From the sequence record OM355495.1: 39,496 nucleotides of DNA; one strand, 5' to 3'. This DNA comes from Escherichia phage ZH4. Shown piece by piece: positions 1 to 9,846 of the stretch. A program made the position numbers and the translations under genes. The notes below the pieces were generated by a model. The model was not told the origin of the DNA, made no database searches, and saw nothing but the letters and a program-made list of their open reading frames with translations. Position 1 is the first letter of the stretch, and each line of letters opens with the position of its first letter.

Positions 1-1544
1 ATGCCTTGTGTTTCCGATTCAAACCCTTCAAACGTTATTCCATTGCCACAGTTTGTAGCTATGACATTATCCACAACAATGTCAGCAACATAGCGTTTGA
101 ATCCCATAGCTCCATGAGCACAGTCCCGAAAAACAAGGTTAGACATAGCACAGTTACGACTTCCACCAGCTACACTAGAAGACAGGTAAATGCCCAAGTC
201 TCTTACGTTTTCTACGTATAAACCATTTACCCAACAGTTCTTCGTAGTAGCAAACATCAGCCCTGAGTCTGGGGCATTAACCAGAGACACGTTGGTCAGT
301 GAGCATCTATTACCACCAAAGGTGAGAATATCAGCGACCCCGAACTGGGTGTTTTTTGCTTGGTTCCCGTCAATATGTAAGTCCTTGATGTGTACATCAT
401 CAGCACCCATGTTGTGTACTAGGTAATAAGCCTTAGCGTTATCTATGCAGATATTGTCAGCAAATTTTAGCCAACCACCAGCACCCACAAGGATTGTTTT
501 ATTTTTTATCGATAAGCCTGTGAAAATCCACGGATCTCCATTCTTGTTCTTAGGCGTGATCTTAATCGCACAGTAACCTGGAACAGAACCAGCATAATCA
601 AGAGCAGCCTGCAAAGTCTGTTGATCGTTTTTGCTACCGAACATAAAAGAACGAACATCAACAAAATCGTCAACCTGTAGTTCAAGTTGCCTGCCGTCTG
701 CACGGTCAACAATAACAACACCGTCCCCAGTAGAACCCGTATTAGGAACTACGGCATACTTGTTGTAAATACCTGATGCGGTCTTAGTAGCTACTAACCG
801 TCCTTCTTCTGTGGTATTAGTTCCTAGGTTAGCAAAGGTATCCAACTCTACTGCTATACCACCAATTAAAGATGCCCCACCTGACTCCTTTAATTCTGTT
901 CTCAAGGCAGCGTCACCCACACTAACCCACGCACCTAATCCAATCCCACCGGAAGTTTCAGGAGTTGAACCAGCAGGGACGTTCTTTGGAAGCGTGCCAT
1001 CCCAGCGGTAATAATCACCATCCTCTTCCCATAGCAGTACCTCGTTCCATGTTATAACGTTGAAGCCTTTCTCGAAGGATCGACGGGTAATATAGCCAAT
1101 TAGACCGGATGCCTTGATGCTCTCAGCGATTCGTCGTGCTTCGTCCTCGCTATCCTTAGCGTTGCCAGCAGAGCTGCTAGCAGCATCGGCATATTCCTTC
1201 GCTAAGTCAACCGTTTGGTCTCGACCTTCTTCTGCAATATGGATAGCCTGAAGCTCTGCATTGGTCAGGTCACTAGCTGTCAACACTGAGCCATTCCTGA
1301 AGTCTACCACTAAGTCAGTTCCAGTCTGACGGTGAATACGAACGATGTCGAAACCTGATTGGTCAACCAACATCTCAATCATCGTTGGATTAAGGAAGCG
1401 GTAATCGCTACCAACTTCCAGTACACGGTTCAGGGTAGGGTTAGAGCTATTCACCAGCGTAACAACAACAAACGTTCTGGCTAGGTAGTCGAACTCAATC
1501 CTGTACTGAGTGTTTCCTGAAGGGAATTGTGTAATCGTGGACAT
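1..1544 (-). CDS. Tail fiber / tailspike (T7 gene 17 homolog), N-terminal part; ATG at 1544, ORF runs off the window start and continues at 39369 across the circular junction (whole gene about 751 aa)
   Basis: Own translation of minus strand from ATG at 1544 (RBS AGGAGG upstream) gives [33 protein letters not shown]..., matching the T7 gp17 N-terminal region (FEYLARKFVVVTL). Reading frame is continuous with track ORF 38658..39476 via the 127-bp overlap. Absent from the ORF track only because there is no stop inside the window. Confidence 0.85.
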   Translation of the reverse strand, partial: MSTITQFPSGNTQYRIEFDYLARTFVVVTLVNSSNPTLNRVLEVGSDYRFLNPTMIEMLVDQSGFDIVRIHRQTGTDLVVDFRNGSVLTASDLTNAELQAIHIAEEGRDQTVDLAKEYADAASSSAGNAKDSEDEARRIAESIKASGLIGYITRRSFEKGFNVITWNEVLLWEEDGDYYRWDGTLPKNVPAGSTPETSGGIGLGAWVSVGDAALRTELKESGGASLIGGIAVELDTFANLGTNTTEEGRLVATKTASGIYNKYAVVPNTGSTGDGVVIVDRADGRQLELQVDDFVDVRSFMFGSKNDQQTLQAALDYAGSVPGYCAIKITPKNKNGDPWIFTGLSIKNKTILVGAGGWLKFADNICIDNAKAYYLVHNMGADDVHIKDLHIDGNQAKNTQFGVADILTFGGNRCSLTNVSLVNAPDSGLMFATTKNCWVNGLYVENVRDLGIYLSSSVAGGSRNCAMSNLVFRDCAHGAMGFKRYVADIVVDNVIATNCGNGITFEGFESETQG

Positions 1545-1591
1545 TATGCCTCCTTTGTGATTTTAAATGGAGACCTATGGTAGCGCCTCCA

Positions 1592-1614
1592 GTTTCCTAT
1601 AGTGATAGTTTAGT
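1592..1614 (-). promoter_or_regulatory. Phage RNAP promoter (phi17-like), minus sense CTAAACTATCACTATAGGAAA, predicted +1 near 1597
   Basis: Match to the 11-copy phage promoter family in this window; sits just upstream of the gene 17 start and overlaps the gp16 stop. Confidence 0.8.
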
Positions 1615-4600
1615 CCTTGATGTGGATACCTTGCTCCTCAAACGTTCCCAGTAGCAACTTCTGGGTAATCGGGTCGTTCGGAACCAGTTCACGGAACGTA
1701 TTATACATCCCGGTCATGTAGTCACGCTCGTTGACACGAGTATCGGACTTGAGGTAGCCAGCCAAGTTGTAAGCCGAAGCGCCAACGTTAGCAGCATATC
1801 CGAAAGCTGGAACCTGCTCCAAGAAGTTACCAACAATATTCATCACAGGGTCACTTGTAGCCGCACCATACGCGATGGCACGTTCAGGCTTCTCTGTAGG
1901 CGAACGAGGTAGGATAGACGAACGGAGCAGCTTAGTGTCCTCGTACCCAGCGATACCACCCAGAATGTTAGCTACCCCAAGTGGTCCACCGAGATGTGAA
2001 CTACGTGATAGAGCCGCATATCCAATCATCGTCGGGTCCAGAGCTTGCTTGAGGTAGTCACGGTCTCGACCATCCTGCATAGCGTAGGCCTTGACATGCG
2101 CCTGAGCCATGTAGTAGATGCCAGCAAGACCCATAGAGATCACAGTTGACAGAGCAGCGTCCATCGCTCGGTTGTTCTTCGTGGCGTTATAGAAGGTTCG
2201 CATGGTACGTCCATTGATAGACTTGATGACGAAGTTCTTAAACTGGAGGACAGTCTTAGCGAGAGGACCGTAAGCCTTGGCGTCCATGTTTGACAGCTTA
2301 TGAGGCCGGAGTAACGTTTCGTCAGCGATGGTGTCACCCATACGCCACAAGTCCATAGCCCTTGGGTCCTGACTGAACGCCTTCTTATCCTTGATCGTGT
2401 ACTTCCCGTCTGGACCACGCGTCACTGACTCACGGATTAGGGACTTAATACCCTTCCACTGCTCGTCAGAGATACCAGCGGTCTTCAGCCAGCGGTCATC
2501 GAACTTACGCTTACTGCCAGTCAGACTATGCTCCACGATGTCAGACAGGAAGCCTTGACGCCCAGCATCTAACAGGTAGTTTGTCGTACCGTTGAGGACT
2601 TTAGTGAACGGAGAGCGTACTGCAAGTTCACCAGTGTAATACTTGGCAGAGCCTAAAGCCGTAGCCGTAGGTTTACTCAGGGAGCTGTAAGCTCGGAGGC
2701 GGTCTATAACATCCTGTTTAGACGGACGGATTGAGTCATCCAGTTCCTTACCGAAGATAACATTGTGCAGGTCCTTAATCTCTGAGGCCCCGACCTTCTT
2801 GTTACGGAAGGCTAGGTCACGGAAAATCGGGACTCCATGTAGCAGTGCACGAACGTTACCACGAGCCAGCATACCACCAATCTCCGTTAAGTTCTGAACA
2901 CCCATGTAGGCATTCTTAGCGAAGAACGATAGGTCTGTCATTGTGCGCATAACTGTAGCGAAGGCTGCATCGTCAGCACCATCACGTCGAGCACGACCAG
3001 TGAGAATTTTCAAGGTGTCACGTAAGGTAGATACCTCACCTTTCAACTTGCCGTCATCACCAGCCTTGTTCATCATGGTCTCAACCAAATCCTTCATGTC
3101 CTTCGTTGTCTTGCCTGTACCAGCCATGATAGCAATGTCACCATTAACTCGACGGTTGTAGGCCGGGACAATCTTGTCCATGTCCCACTCACGTAGACTA
3201 TTTACGCTGAAAGCCTTACCATTAGGCAGGATTATTTCCATGTCGTTATCGAACAGGTTGCGAGCCTCAAGGAAGTTATTGTTCTCCAGACCGACCAGAC
3301 CGTTGATGTTTTCTTCCATTACGGATGAACGCTCAAACTGCTCTGTATGGGAGATACCATAAGCCTTATCATTAGCATACTTCTCTACCATATCCATAGT
3401 CACCTCTGGTGCTGCTTGAGATGCGTTACCAGATGTAGTTTCACCAGCAGTAGGGGCCTGATCATCTACAGCAGTCTTCTGCCCTTTGGCAGCTGCCGCA
3501 GCCGCTTCAGCTTCAGTTGTTGCTTTGGTGATTCTGTCTCGGACCTTATCAGCCTGTCCTTTCATGTAGTCGAGACGCTCGGTGTTAATACGGACGTGAG
3601 ACTTCTGGGTCTCAATCATCTGCTTCCGACTCTCAATCTTAACAGGAATGGTCTTGCTCTTAGGCTTAGCAGCTAGCTTTTCTTCCAACTCCTTCAGCTT
3701 AGCTTCATGAGAAGCCAGTCGGTCCTTGGAGTTCTGGAGTTTCTTTTCACGGTCTGCAACTCGCTTCTCAGCGTTGGTAAGTACGTCTTTGAGCTCAGCT
3801 ACCTTATCAATTGCCTGTGTAGCAGCATCGTCCAGTTTCATCTGGTCACGGGCTGTGTTTACAGAAGAACGAGGATTTGGTGCAGTACCCACAGTCTTAC
3901 CTGCTGCTGGTTGAGATGACCGTAACTGCTCTGCTAACATCTCGTCCACTCGCGCCTTGACTTCAGGTCTTGACGCATAGCTTGTCAGCCATGACTTCTT
4001 GATTGCCTCCTGTAATGCCTCTGGGCTTCCAAGCTCCTTGATATAAAGCTGCTTCATCTGAGAACTATAGACTACAGGAACGTAGGTCCCCTTGAATCTA
4101 CTACCCGGAAAGATAGACTGAGCGTCTGTACGGCCAAACATCGCTGGGTTCTCCATCATCTCGCGCTTTGCATCAAACTGGTTCTTCAGCAGGTCATAGA
4201 CTTTCAGTTCCCCCGGAGTAAGTTCAGTCTTCAGGTTTCCGCTACCATCTTCAATCGCCAAAGCTACGCGCTTATAAACATCCTCACGCAGAGCTGAGTT
4301 ATCTCGCCAGAATGCTGTCTGGAAGTATGGGTCCTTGAGCGCCTCAGTAACCGCATCGTCGATGTCGTTGTAGAACCGATGGTCCACAGCACGAAGTCTC
4401 TCGAATACGTCTGACGCAGTGGTCCCGATTTTACCTGAGGCCCCTGACTGCATACCAGTCGGTGAACGCACTAAGTCAGCAGCGACTCCACGAATCTCAG
4501 GGTTCTCAGACCGAAGCAGCTTCAGGCCAATCTCAGTCAGGCCGCCAAGGTTAACACCAGCAGCGGCACGTTCAGGCTCAATCACTTCGTCAAAGACCTG

Positions 4601-5998
4601 ACGTGTCCTAGGATTCAGAGGGTTCTCACCAATCAGGATTGAACCATCTTCGAGTCGTACACTACCCGGCTCGTTCGGAACGTCAGCGAACCTAACTCCT
4701 TGATGACTAAAGGTCTGCTCACCTTCCTGAATAGGGAGACGAGACAGGTCCTGACCGTCAACGTTACGGGCTGTCTCGCGAGCTTCCAGACGTGTAGCTG
4801 GACCAGCGAACTCGTTAGTGTTACGACCTAAGGCTCTGCCTAAGCCATCAGCGATAGCAGTCATACCACCACCGAAGAGAGCACCACCAAGGATAGCTTC
4901 AGCCACATGAGCGTCACCACCAGCCACTGAGGTACGGGCCATCTCAGACACACCAGCCAGTGCTCCAGTTTGAGCAGCCACGGTGAACATCTTGTTTACC
5001 AGCTTACCCCCTTTACCAACCTGTCCAGCGATAGGAACGTAGGTCAGAGGGTCTACACCAGCACCAATCACACCAGCAGCTAACTGGGCACCAGTCCCAG
5101 CCTTGGCCTTCTCTTGGTCCAACTTCTGGTTCTCAAGAGCCAAGTTAATAAGCTCGGTCAGGTTCTGAGGAGACCCGCCAGTAAGGACCCCATAATACTG
5201 AGGCAGAACCCCAGCGTTACGAATCTGGTCCAGCTCCTCGCGAGTCCACTTATGGTTGTTCCATCTGGTAGGGTTAAACACATCGCCAATGACATCCAGT
5301 GAGTCCTCGGTCTGACCAGCGCGGATAGCCACGCCGACCATAGAGTTCTTCACTTCAGCTTCTGTAGCCGAACCGAAACCGAACCATGTAGAGCGGTCCT
5401 CTCGTTCCTGCATGGTATCGCCGGTAGCCTTATAGAACATCTCACCGAACGATTCGTTGGGAGCTTCAGGTGCTTGACCCTCAATATTCAGACCAGCAGC
5501 GGTCGGAAGGTTCTCACCCAGAGCTACTTTAGGTTTAGCCTTGAGTCCTTCCGTGAGTGCGTCAAATACGTTAGCGCTTACTGGTGGAGTCTTTGGGCTA
5601 ATGCCATTGAGTGCTCGTGCGACTCCCTTCTGATAGACTTCAGGGTCGTACCGGGAGCCTGTCTCATGGAAGCTGATAGCTTGAGCCAGAGAAGACAGGG
5701 TGTCAGGGTCCGAAAGGTCGAGACTCTGGGTAGCTGGAATACCAGTTGCAGCCACCACTGAGTCAATATAAGCCTTAGTGTCGTTCTCGTTAGGAGGCGC
5801 CCATCGGTTGATAATCTTCTCGATGGAGTCATAGCCTTGGCGACCGTAACTTAATAAGTTCTTACCCAAGGCCCGCACACCAGACTCTGGGCTATCAAAT
5901 ATTACAAACTCCCCATCATCGCCAATAGCTCCTTCCCATTGGTCCTTAGACTTACGGATATTTCCGGGGTTCGAATTTCTTATACCACGTGTTGCCAT
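1610..5998 (-). CDS. Internal virion protein D (T7 gp16 homolog), 1462 aa, with non-T7 N-terminal domain
   Basis: Track ORF; central and C-terminal regions align with T7 gp16 (e.g. MENPAMFG...SIFPGSRFKGTYVPVVY, NAYMGVQNLTEIGGM). RBS GGAG upstream of ATG. N-terminus (MATRGIRNSNPGNIR...) does not resemble the T7 SLT domain. Confidence 0.9.
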   Translation of the reverse strand: MATRGIRNSNPGNIRKSKDQWEGAIGDDGEFVIFDSPESGVRALGKNLLSYGRQGYDSIEKIINRWAPPNENDTKAYIDSVVAATGIPATQSLDLSDPDTLSSLAQAISFHETGSRYDPEVYQKGVARALNGISPKTPPVSANVFDALTEGLKAKPKVALGENLPTAAGLNIEGQAPEAPNESFGEMFYKATGDTMQEREDRSTWFGFGSATEAEVKNSMVGVAIRAGQTEDSLDVIGDVFNPTRWNNHKWTREELDQIRNAGVLPQYYGVLTGGSPQNLTELINLALENQKLDQEKAKAGTGAQLAAGVIGAGVDPLTYVPIAGQVGKGGKLVNKMFTVAAQTGALAGVSEMARTSVAGGDAHVAEAILGGALFGGGMTAIADGLGRALGRNTNEFAGPATRLEARETARNVDGQDLSRLPIQEGEQTFSHQGVRFADVPNEPGSVRLEDGSILIGENPLNPRTRQVFDEVIEPERAAAGVNLGGLTEIGLKLLRSENPEIRGVAADLVRSPTGMQSGASGKIGTTASDVFERLRAVDHRFYNDIDDAVTEALKDPYFQTAFWRDNSALREDVYKRVALAIEDGSGNLKTELTPGELKVYDLLKNQFDAKREMMENPAMFGRTDAQSIFPGSRFKGTYVPVVYSSQMKQLYIKELGSPEALQEAIKKSWLTSYASRPEVKARVDEMLAEQLRSSQPAAGKTVGTAPNPRSSVNTARDQMKLDDAATQAIDKVAELKDVLTNAEKRVADREKKLQNSKDRLASHEAKLKELEEKLAAKPKSKTIPVKIESRKQMIETQKSHVRINTERLDYMKGQADKVRDRITKATTEAEAAAAAAKGQKTAVDDQAPTAGETTSGNASQAAPEVTMDMVEKYANDKAYGISHTEQFERSSVMEENINGLVGLENNNFLEARNLFDNDMEIILPNGKAFSVNSLREWDMDKIVPAYNRRVNGDIAIMAGTGKTTKDMKDLVETMMNKAGDDGKLKGEVSTLRDTLKILTGRARRDGADDAAFATVMRTMTDLSFFAKNAYMGVQNLTEIGGMLARGNVRALLHGVPIFRDLAFRNKKVGASEIKDLHNVIFGKELDDSIRPSKQDVIDRLRAYSSLSKPTATALGSAKYYTGELAVRSPFTKVLNGTTNYLLDAGRQGFLSDIVEHSLTGSKRKFDDRWLKTAGISDEQWKGIKSLIRESVTRGPDGKYTIKDKKAFSQDPRAMDLWRMGDTIADETLLRPHKLSNMDAKAYGPLAKTVLQFKNFVIKSINGRTMRTFYNATKNNRAMDAALSTVISMGLAGIYYMAQAHVKAYAMQDGRDRDYLKQALDPTMIGYAALSRSSHLGGPLGVANILGGIAGYEDTKLLRSSILPRSPTEKPERAIAYGAATSDPVMNIVGNFLEQVPAFGYAANVGASAYNLAGYLKSDTRVNERDYMTGMYNTFRELVPNDPITQKLLLGTFEEQGIHIKD

Positions 5999-6429
5999 GT
6001 CTTTCTCCTTAAGATATTTCTAATAGAAACCGTACTCACTCCATAGGAACTAGCTAGGAATGAAACCTTTAGGCCGCTAGACCGTATGTTCTTCACATCA
6101 GTCTCTGTCAATTTGGATACTCCTATTGAGCTTCCAGACGCTTGACGACCTCTTTCCACCTTGTCTTTAATGTTGTCAGCCTGAGTTCCAGCCTCAAGAT
6201 GGTCAGGGTTTATGCAGGACGGATTGTCGCACTTATGGCGTACAACATACCCTTCAGGTATAGGACCACTGGCAAGCTCATAAGCTAGTCGATGTGCTCT
6301 ATACTTAACTCTGTTAATCATTATCGTACCATAACCGTCAGAATCTACGGTCCCAGTGAATCGGATACAGCCAGAGCTTTCAGCTACTGACAATTCTGCC
6401 AGTCTCTCACTGGCTGTCCCGTTCTTCAT
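5980..6429 (-). CDS. HNH homing endonuclease (intact), 149 aa
   Basis: HNH motif VVRHKCDNPSCINPDHLEAG plus a C-terminal DNA-binding-like segment KLTETDVKNIR...STVSIRNILRRKTW; RBS GGAG upstream; inserted between gp15 and gp16. Confidence 0.85.
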   Translation of the reverse strand: MKNGTASERLAELSVAESSGCIRFTGTVDSDGYGTIMINRVKYRAHRLAYELASGPIPEGYVVRHKCDNPSCINPDHLEAGTQADNIKDKVERGRQASGSSIGVSKLTETDVKNIRSSGLKVSFLASSYGVSTVSIRNILRRKTWQHVV

Positions 6430-6433
6430 TATG

Positions 6434-8716
6434 TTACTCCTTACCGATTAGTACGTTTGCGATACCCTCCAATGAGACGTCATTATACATCCCTCCGCGC
6501 TTCTCGATGTTGGCCTCTCGGTCAGCTCGACGTTTATCACCAGCAGCTTTAGTCCCGACGATACGCGCTCGCTTGTTAGCGTCACGTTCTGCCTGAGCGT
6601 ATGCGGCATCTTGTGCCTTCTGCTGTTGTTCGCGGTAGAGTTTGCCTACAAGTTCTTTATCGTAGCGAATACGAATAGTCCCTGTAGCGTCTTGGAGGAA
6701 GATAGAGCCGTTCTGTTCAACAACGGACAACTGAGAGTTCACTACCCAACGGTTGGCCTTAATGAGCTGCTTACGAGCGGTTTCGATAATGTCTCGACCT
6801 ACCTGCCACGACTCTGGGTTATCCCCTACCATAAGCTGGTGCTTTGACACCATGCCGATGGACTTACCGTCAGAGCCTTCAGACTGGAACGTTACGGTAT
6901 TTTCATTCAGCCAGCGTTGAGTCTGCTGAGTTGCAGCGTCAGCGTTACCTGTACGATAGTACCATGAGTCCCAGACCTTACGAGCACTTGCGTCAAGAGA
7001 CGTAGGAAGACGCGAAAGGTCCTTATTCCGAGAGTCGTTCTTCAACTCCTGCCACGCCTTGTCTGACTCCATGCGCATCTCACGGCTTTGACTTGCAGCT
7101 TGCTTATCAGCTTCAATCATCGTCTGAGGGTCCAGACCCATCTTGTCCATCTGGTCGAACGTAGAGAACAGCTGAGCTTGGTCAGGATACAGAGCGGCGA
7201 AACTTGAAGGGTCCTGAGTGTAGGCACGCCGAAGAGACTCGAAGCGTTTCATCTTGTCTGGGTCGTACTGTCCACGGATGACAGCAGCTTGCCACTCACC
7301 AGCAGCGTCCTGAGTCAGCGTCTGGAAGGCATTACGGAACGGACCGTTGTTAGTGTCAGCTCTTAACAATGCCACCTTCTGAGCGTCCTTAGCAGCCTCA
7401 GGGATGTCCATCTGGTCAATCTGCTGTAGCTTGGCAGACGCATAGTTGTTCATGTCCGAACGTTTGAACTCGCCTGTAGCATCTGAGACCGGAAGGTCCT
7501 CATAGTTGGTGGACACGTTGTCACCAGCCAGCCGTCTCTGATACACTTGGTCGATGACCAGTTGCTTGTTCTGGGTCTGGATTAACTTAGTGTTCTCCTT
7601 CGCCTGTTCAGCAGACTTACGCTTGACCGCTTCCAGTAAGCTGGCTTCGGCATTAATAAGCATCTGACGCTGAGGCGTTAGTTCTTCACCAGGCTGAAGC
7701 AGGTTGTTCTGCTCCTTGAGTTTCTGAATCTGGGCAAGACCAATGGTTGGGTCATCCTGAAGAATTGCAGACTGAACGCCTAACGCCAAGTCTTCCTGAT
7801 ACTTAGCCACCAGTTTATACTCAGTACCTTGGGCCTCAACCATAGCAGCATTGAAGACGTCAGGTCCTACAATCTCTTCGATGGTAGCGTCAACACCGTT
7901 AAGGGTGATACGCTCGCCACGGACTTGCTGTAGGAAGTTTGAGCCTCCTGACTTCTGGATTGCGTCACGGACCGTCTGGGTTATGACCTCTCGTGCTCTC
8001 TGGTCCGAAGGTATAGCAGCAGTCGTCAGTCCATCCCGAAGGTAGGCCATGAATGTCTTTCCAGACTCAGGCGAACGCATCAGGTCCCCATCGTTAAGGA
8101 ACGAGTTCATCTCAATGCGAGTGTTCAACATTGCTGTCTCTTCAGACTGCTTGCTGAAATACTTATTGAATGACCCGTATATAGCGATGTTTCGGTCCGT
8201 GATGTTATCGTTGAATCCACGCTGGAAGAACTCGTCTGTAGGGTTAATACCCGCCTCTTCAGCATAGGACTTAGCGGCATCCTGAAGTCGCTGGTGGCGA
8301 TACTCTTCCATGTCCTGACGTGTACGGAACTCACCGTTCTGAATCTTAACGTTAATCTCGTCATCCACCGCAAAGGCAGCGTTACGGCCAGTCTTTACTC
8401 GAAGTGCTTCCATAGCGTAAGGGTCATCCTGATATAGCAGTGTGCCGTTCTGGATAGCCTCACGTCTTTGCTGAGGTGTCAGCTTACGGATAATCTCGTT
8501 AGACCGCTCGTCAGCTCTGGTCTTATCCTCGTCCTTGAACTGCTTGTACAATCCTGTCCCAGACTCAACGAAGTTAGTTAATGCACGAGCCAGCCCGGAG
8601 TCCCCAGTCGGAGCCTGAACGTTGGCTGCTTGATAGTTGACGGTGATAGTTTTACCAGGCGCTCTGCCGCGACCCATAGTCCGATTAGCCAGAGCTGATT
8701 CAATATTACTAGCCAT
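6434..8716 (-). CDS. Internal virion protein C (T7 gp15 homolog), 760 aa
   Basis: Strong similarity to T7 gp15 (ADERSNEIIRKLTPQQRREAIQNGTLLYQDDPYAMEALRVKTGRNAA); RBS AGGAGG. Confidence 0.9.
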   Translation of the reverse strand: MASNIESALANRTMGRGRAPGKTITVNYQAANVQAPTGDSGLARALTNFVESGTGLYKQFKDEDKTRADERSNEIIRKLTPQQRREAIQNGTLLYQDDPYAMEALRVKTGRNAAFAVDDEINVKIQNGEFRTRQDMEEYRHQRLQDAAKSYAEEAGINPTDEFFQRGFNDNITDRNIAIYGSFNKYFSKQSEETAMLNTRIEMNSFLNDGDLMRSPESGKTFMAYLRDGLTTAAIPSDQRAREVITQTVRDAIQKSGGSNFLQQVRGERITLNGVDATIEEIVGPDVFNAAMVEAQGTEYKLVAKYQEDLALGVQSAILQDDPTIGLAQIQKLKEQNNLLQPGEELTPQRQMLINAEASLLEAVKRKSAEQAKENTKLIQTQNKQLVIDQVYQRRLAGDNVSTNYEDLPVSDATGEFKRSDMNNYASAKLQQIDQMDIPEAAKDAQKVALLRADTNNGPFRNAFQTLTQDAAGEWQAAVIRGQYDPDKMKRFESLRRAYTQDPSSFAALYPDQAQLFSTFDQMDKMGLDPQTMIEADKQAASQSREMRMESDKAWQELKNDSRNKDLSRLPTSLDASARKVWDSWYYRTGNADAATQQTQRWLNENTVTFQSEGSDGKSIGMVSKHQLMVGDNPESWQVGRDIIETARKQLIKANRWVVNSQLSVVEQNGSIFLQDATGTIRIRYDKELVGKLYREQQQKAQDAAYAQAERDANKRARIVGTKAAGDKRRADREANIEKRGGMYNDVSLEGIANVLIGKE

Positions 8717-8727
8717 TAGTCCTCCTC

Positions 8728-9315
8728 TTAGCTATGACCTGTAGGTGTGCCTTTAGCAGCACTAATTGGTGCAGAACCACCAGAGCTGGACTCTCCAGAG
8801 ATTGACTTACCAGCGGCGTAGCCTTGCATCCCGGCGTTAGCAACATTAAGTGCATGAGCCAGTGGGCTGGTCTTGATGATTTTACCTTGACCACGGATAG
8901 CTGACTTGGTATTCTCAATGTTGGCGATACGGTTCCCGAAGATAGCCGCATAGTCGCGGTTGTAACTTTCGGTAATCCCTGCTCGCTCCTTGACTGTATC
9001 TCCTGCGACCTGACGTTCAATCCTGTCCATAGAGTTACCTTCCAGACCTGACTCAGCCACCGCAGCTCGTACCATACCCTGATTGCGGATACCGTTGAGT
9101 GTGGTCTCTGTCAGTTCAGCCATCTGCTGCTCCTTAAGGTCTCGCTCCTGCATCTTCAGGTTGGCGTCAGAGTAGTTCATCTGCTTAACCATTTCCTGAG
9201 CCTGTCGGTTCTGAGCGTCAATTGCTGCACCTTCGGCCTTGGCCTGCTGGGATGCGGACATAGTGGCCCCGGCTACAGCCATGATACCCATGCCGATACT
9301 TACGGGTTCGCACAT
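8728..9315 (-). CDS. Internal virion protein B (T7 gp14 homolog), 195 aa
   Basis: Starts MCEP... like T7 gp14 (MCWAA...); conserved LEGNSMDRIERQ / RDYAAIF motifs; RBS AGGAGG. Confidence 0.85.
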   Translation of the reverse strand: MCEPVSIGMGIMAVAGATMSASQQAKAEGAAIDAQNRQAQEMVKQMNYSDANLKMQERDLKEQQMAELTETTLNGIRNQGMVRAAVAESGLEGNSMDRIERQVAGDTVKERAGITESYNRDYAAIFGNRIANIENTKSAIRGQGKIIKTSPLAHALNVANAGMQGYAAGKSISGESSSGGSAPISAAKGTPTGHS

Positions 9316-9770
9316 ACGTCCTCCTTAGAGATAGTGAATAGTTGAAAACGCTCACCAGTTACCGGGCTTACAGTCCAATCATCATGGAATTTAGCGCCAA
9401 GCAACTTCAAGAATTTAATGTGAGACTTATTGCCTGACCACACGTAGTTCCAGATGGTCCCGTATTGGTCTAACATTAAGTCCCTGTACTCAGAGATACG
9501 ATTTATGAACTCTCGCTTCTCTTTAGGTCTCAGCTTGTGGACCAGACCGGAAGTCAAGAACCATACGTTATCCCCTTGGTTTCCGCCATAGGCAAACACT
9601 TCGCCTACACCGTTCGTTAAAACCACAGATGACTGGGGTAAATGCTTAAGCAGTCTTTCAGATAGACCCACGGTTGACCCGTAGTTTGCTTTGCACTCAT
9701 TAACATCATCTGCTGAAAGATGCCACAGAAAGTAGTGGACATCTGGTTCCGTAGCCTTGCGAATATACAT
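9300..9770 (-). CDS. Internal virion protein A (T7 gp13-position homolog), 156 aa
   Basis: Track ORF with good RBS between genes 12 and 14, preceded by a phage promoter as in T7 (phi13). Assignment is mainly positional. Confidence 0.65.
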   Translation of the reverse strand: MYIRKATEPDVHYFLWHLSADDVNECKANYGSTVGLSERLLKHLPQSSVVLTNGVGEVFAYGGNQGDNVWFLTSGLVHKLRPKEKREFINRISEYRDLMLDQYGTIWNYVWSGNKSHIKFLKLLGAKFHDDWTVSPVTGERFQLFTISKEDVCANP

Positions 9771-9799
9771 AAAGTCTCCTTATAACCTTAAGGGCCTAT

Positions 9800-9822
9800 A
9801 GTCCCTATAGTGATAGTTAAGG
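9800..9822 (-). promoter_or_regulatory. Phage RNAP promoter (phi13-like), minus sense CCTTAACTATCACTATAGGGAC, +1 near 9805
   Basis: Consensus match in the intergenic region between gene 12 stop (9847) and gene 13 start (9770). Confidence 0.8.
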
Positions 9823-9846
9823 TAAATCTATAGGCCATTCAATAAG

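Noticed and set aside
1-127. The 127-bp duplication at the window ends considered as the biological direct terminal repeat
   Set aside because: It lies within the coding sequence of the tail-fiber gene and maintains its reading frame, so it is an assembly overlap from circular permutation, not the packaging terminal repeat.
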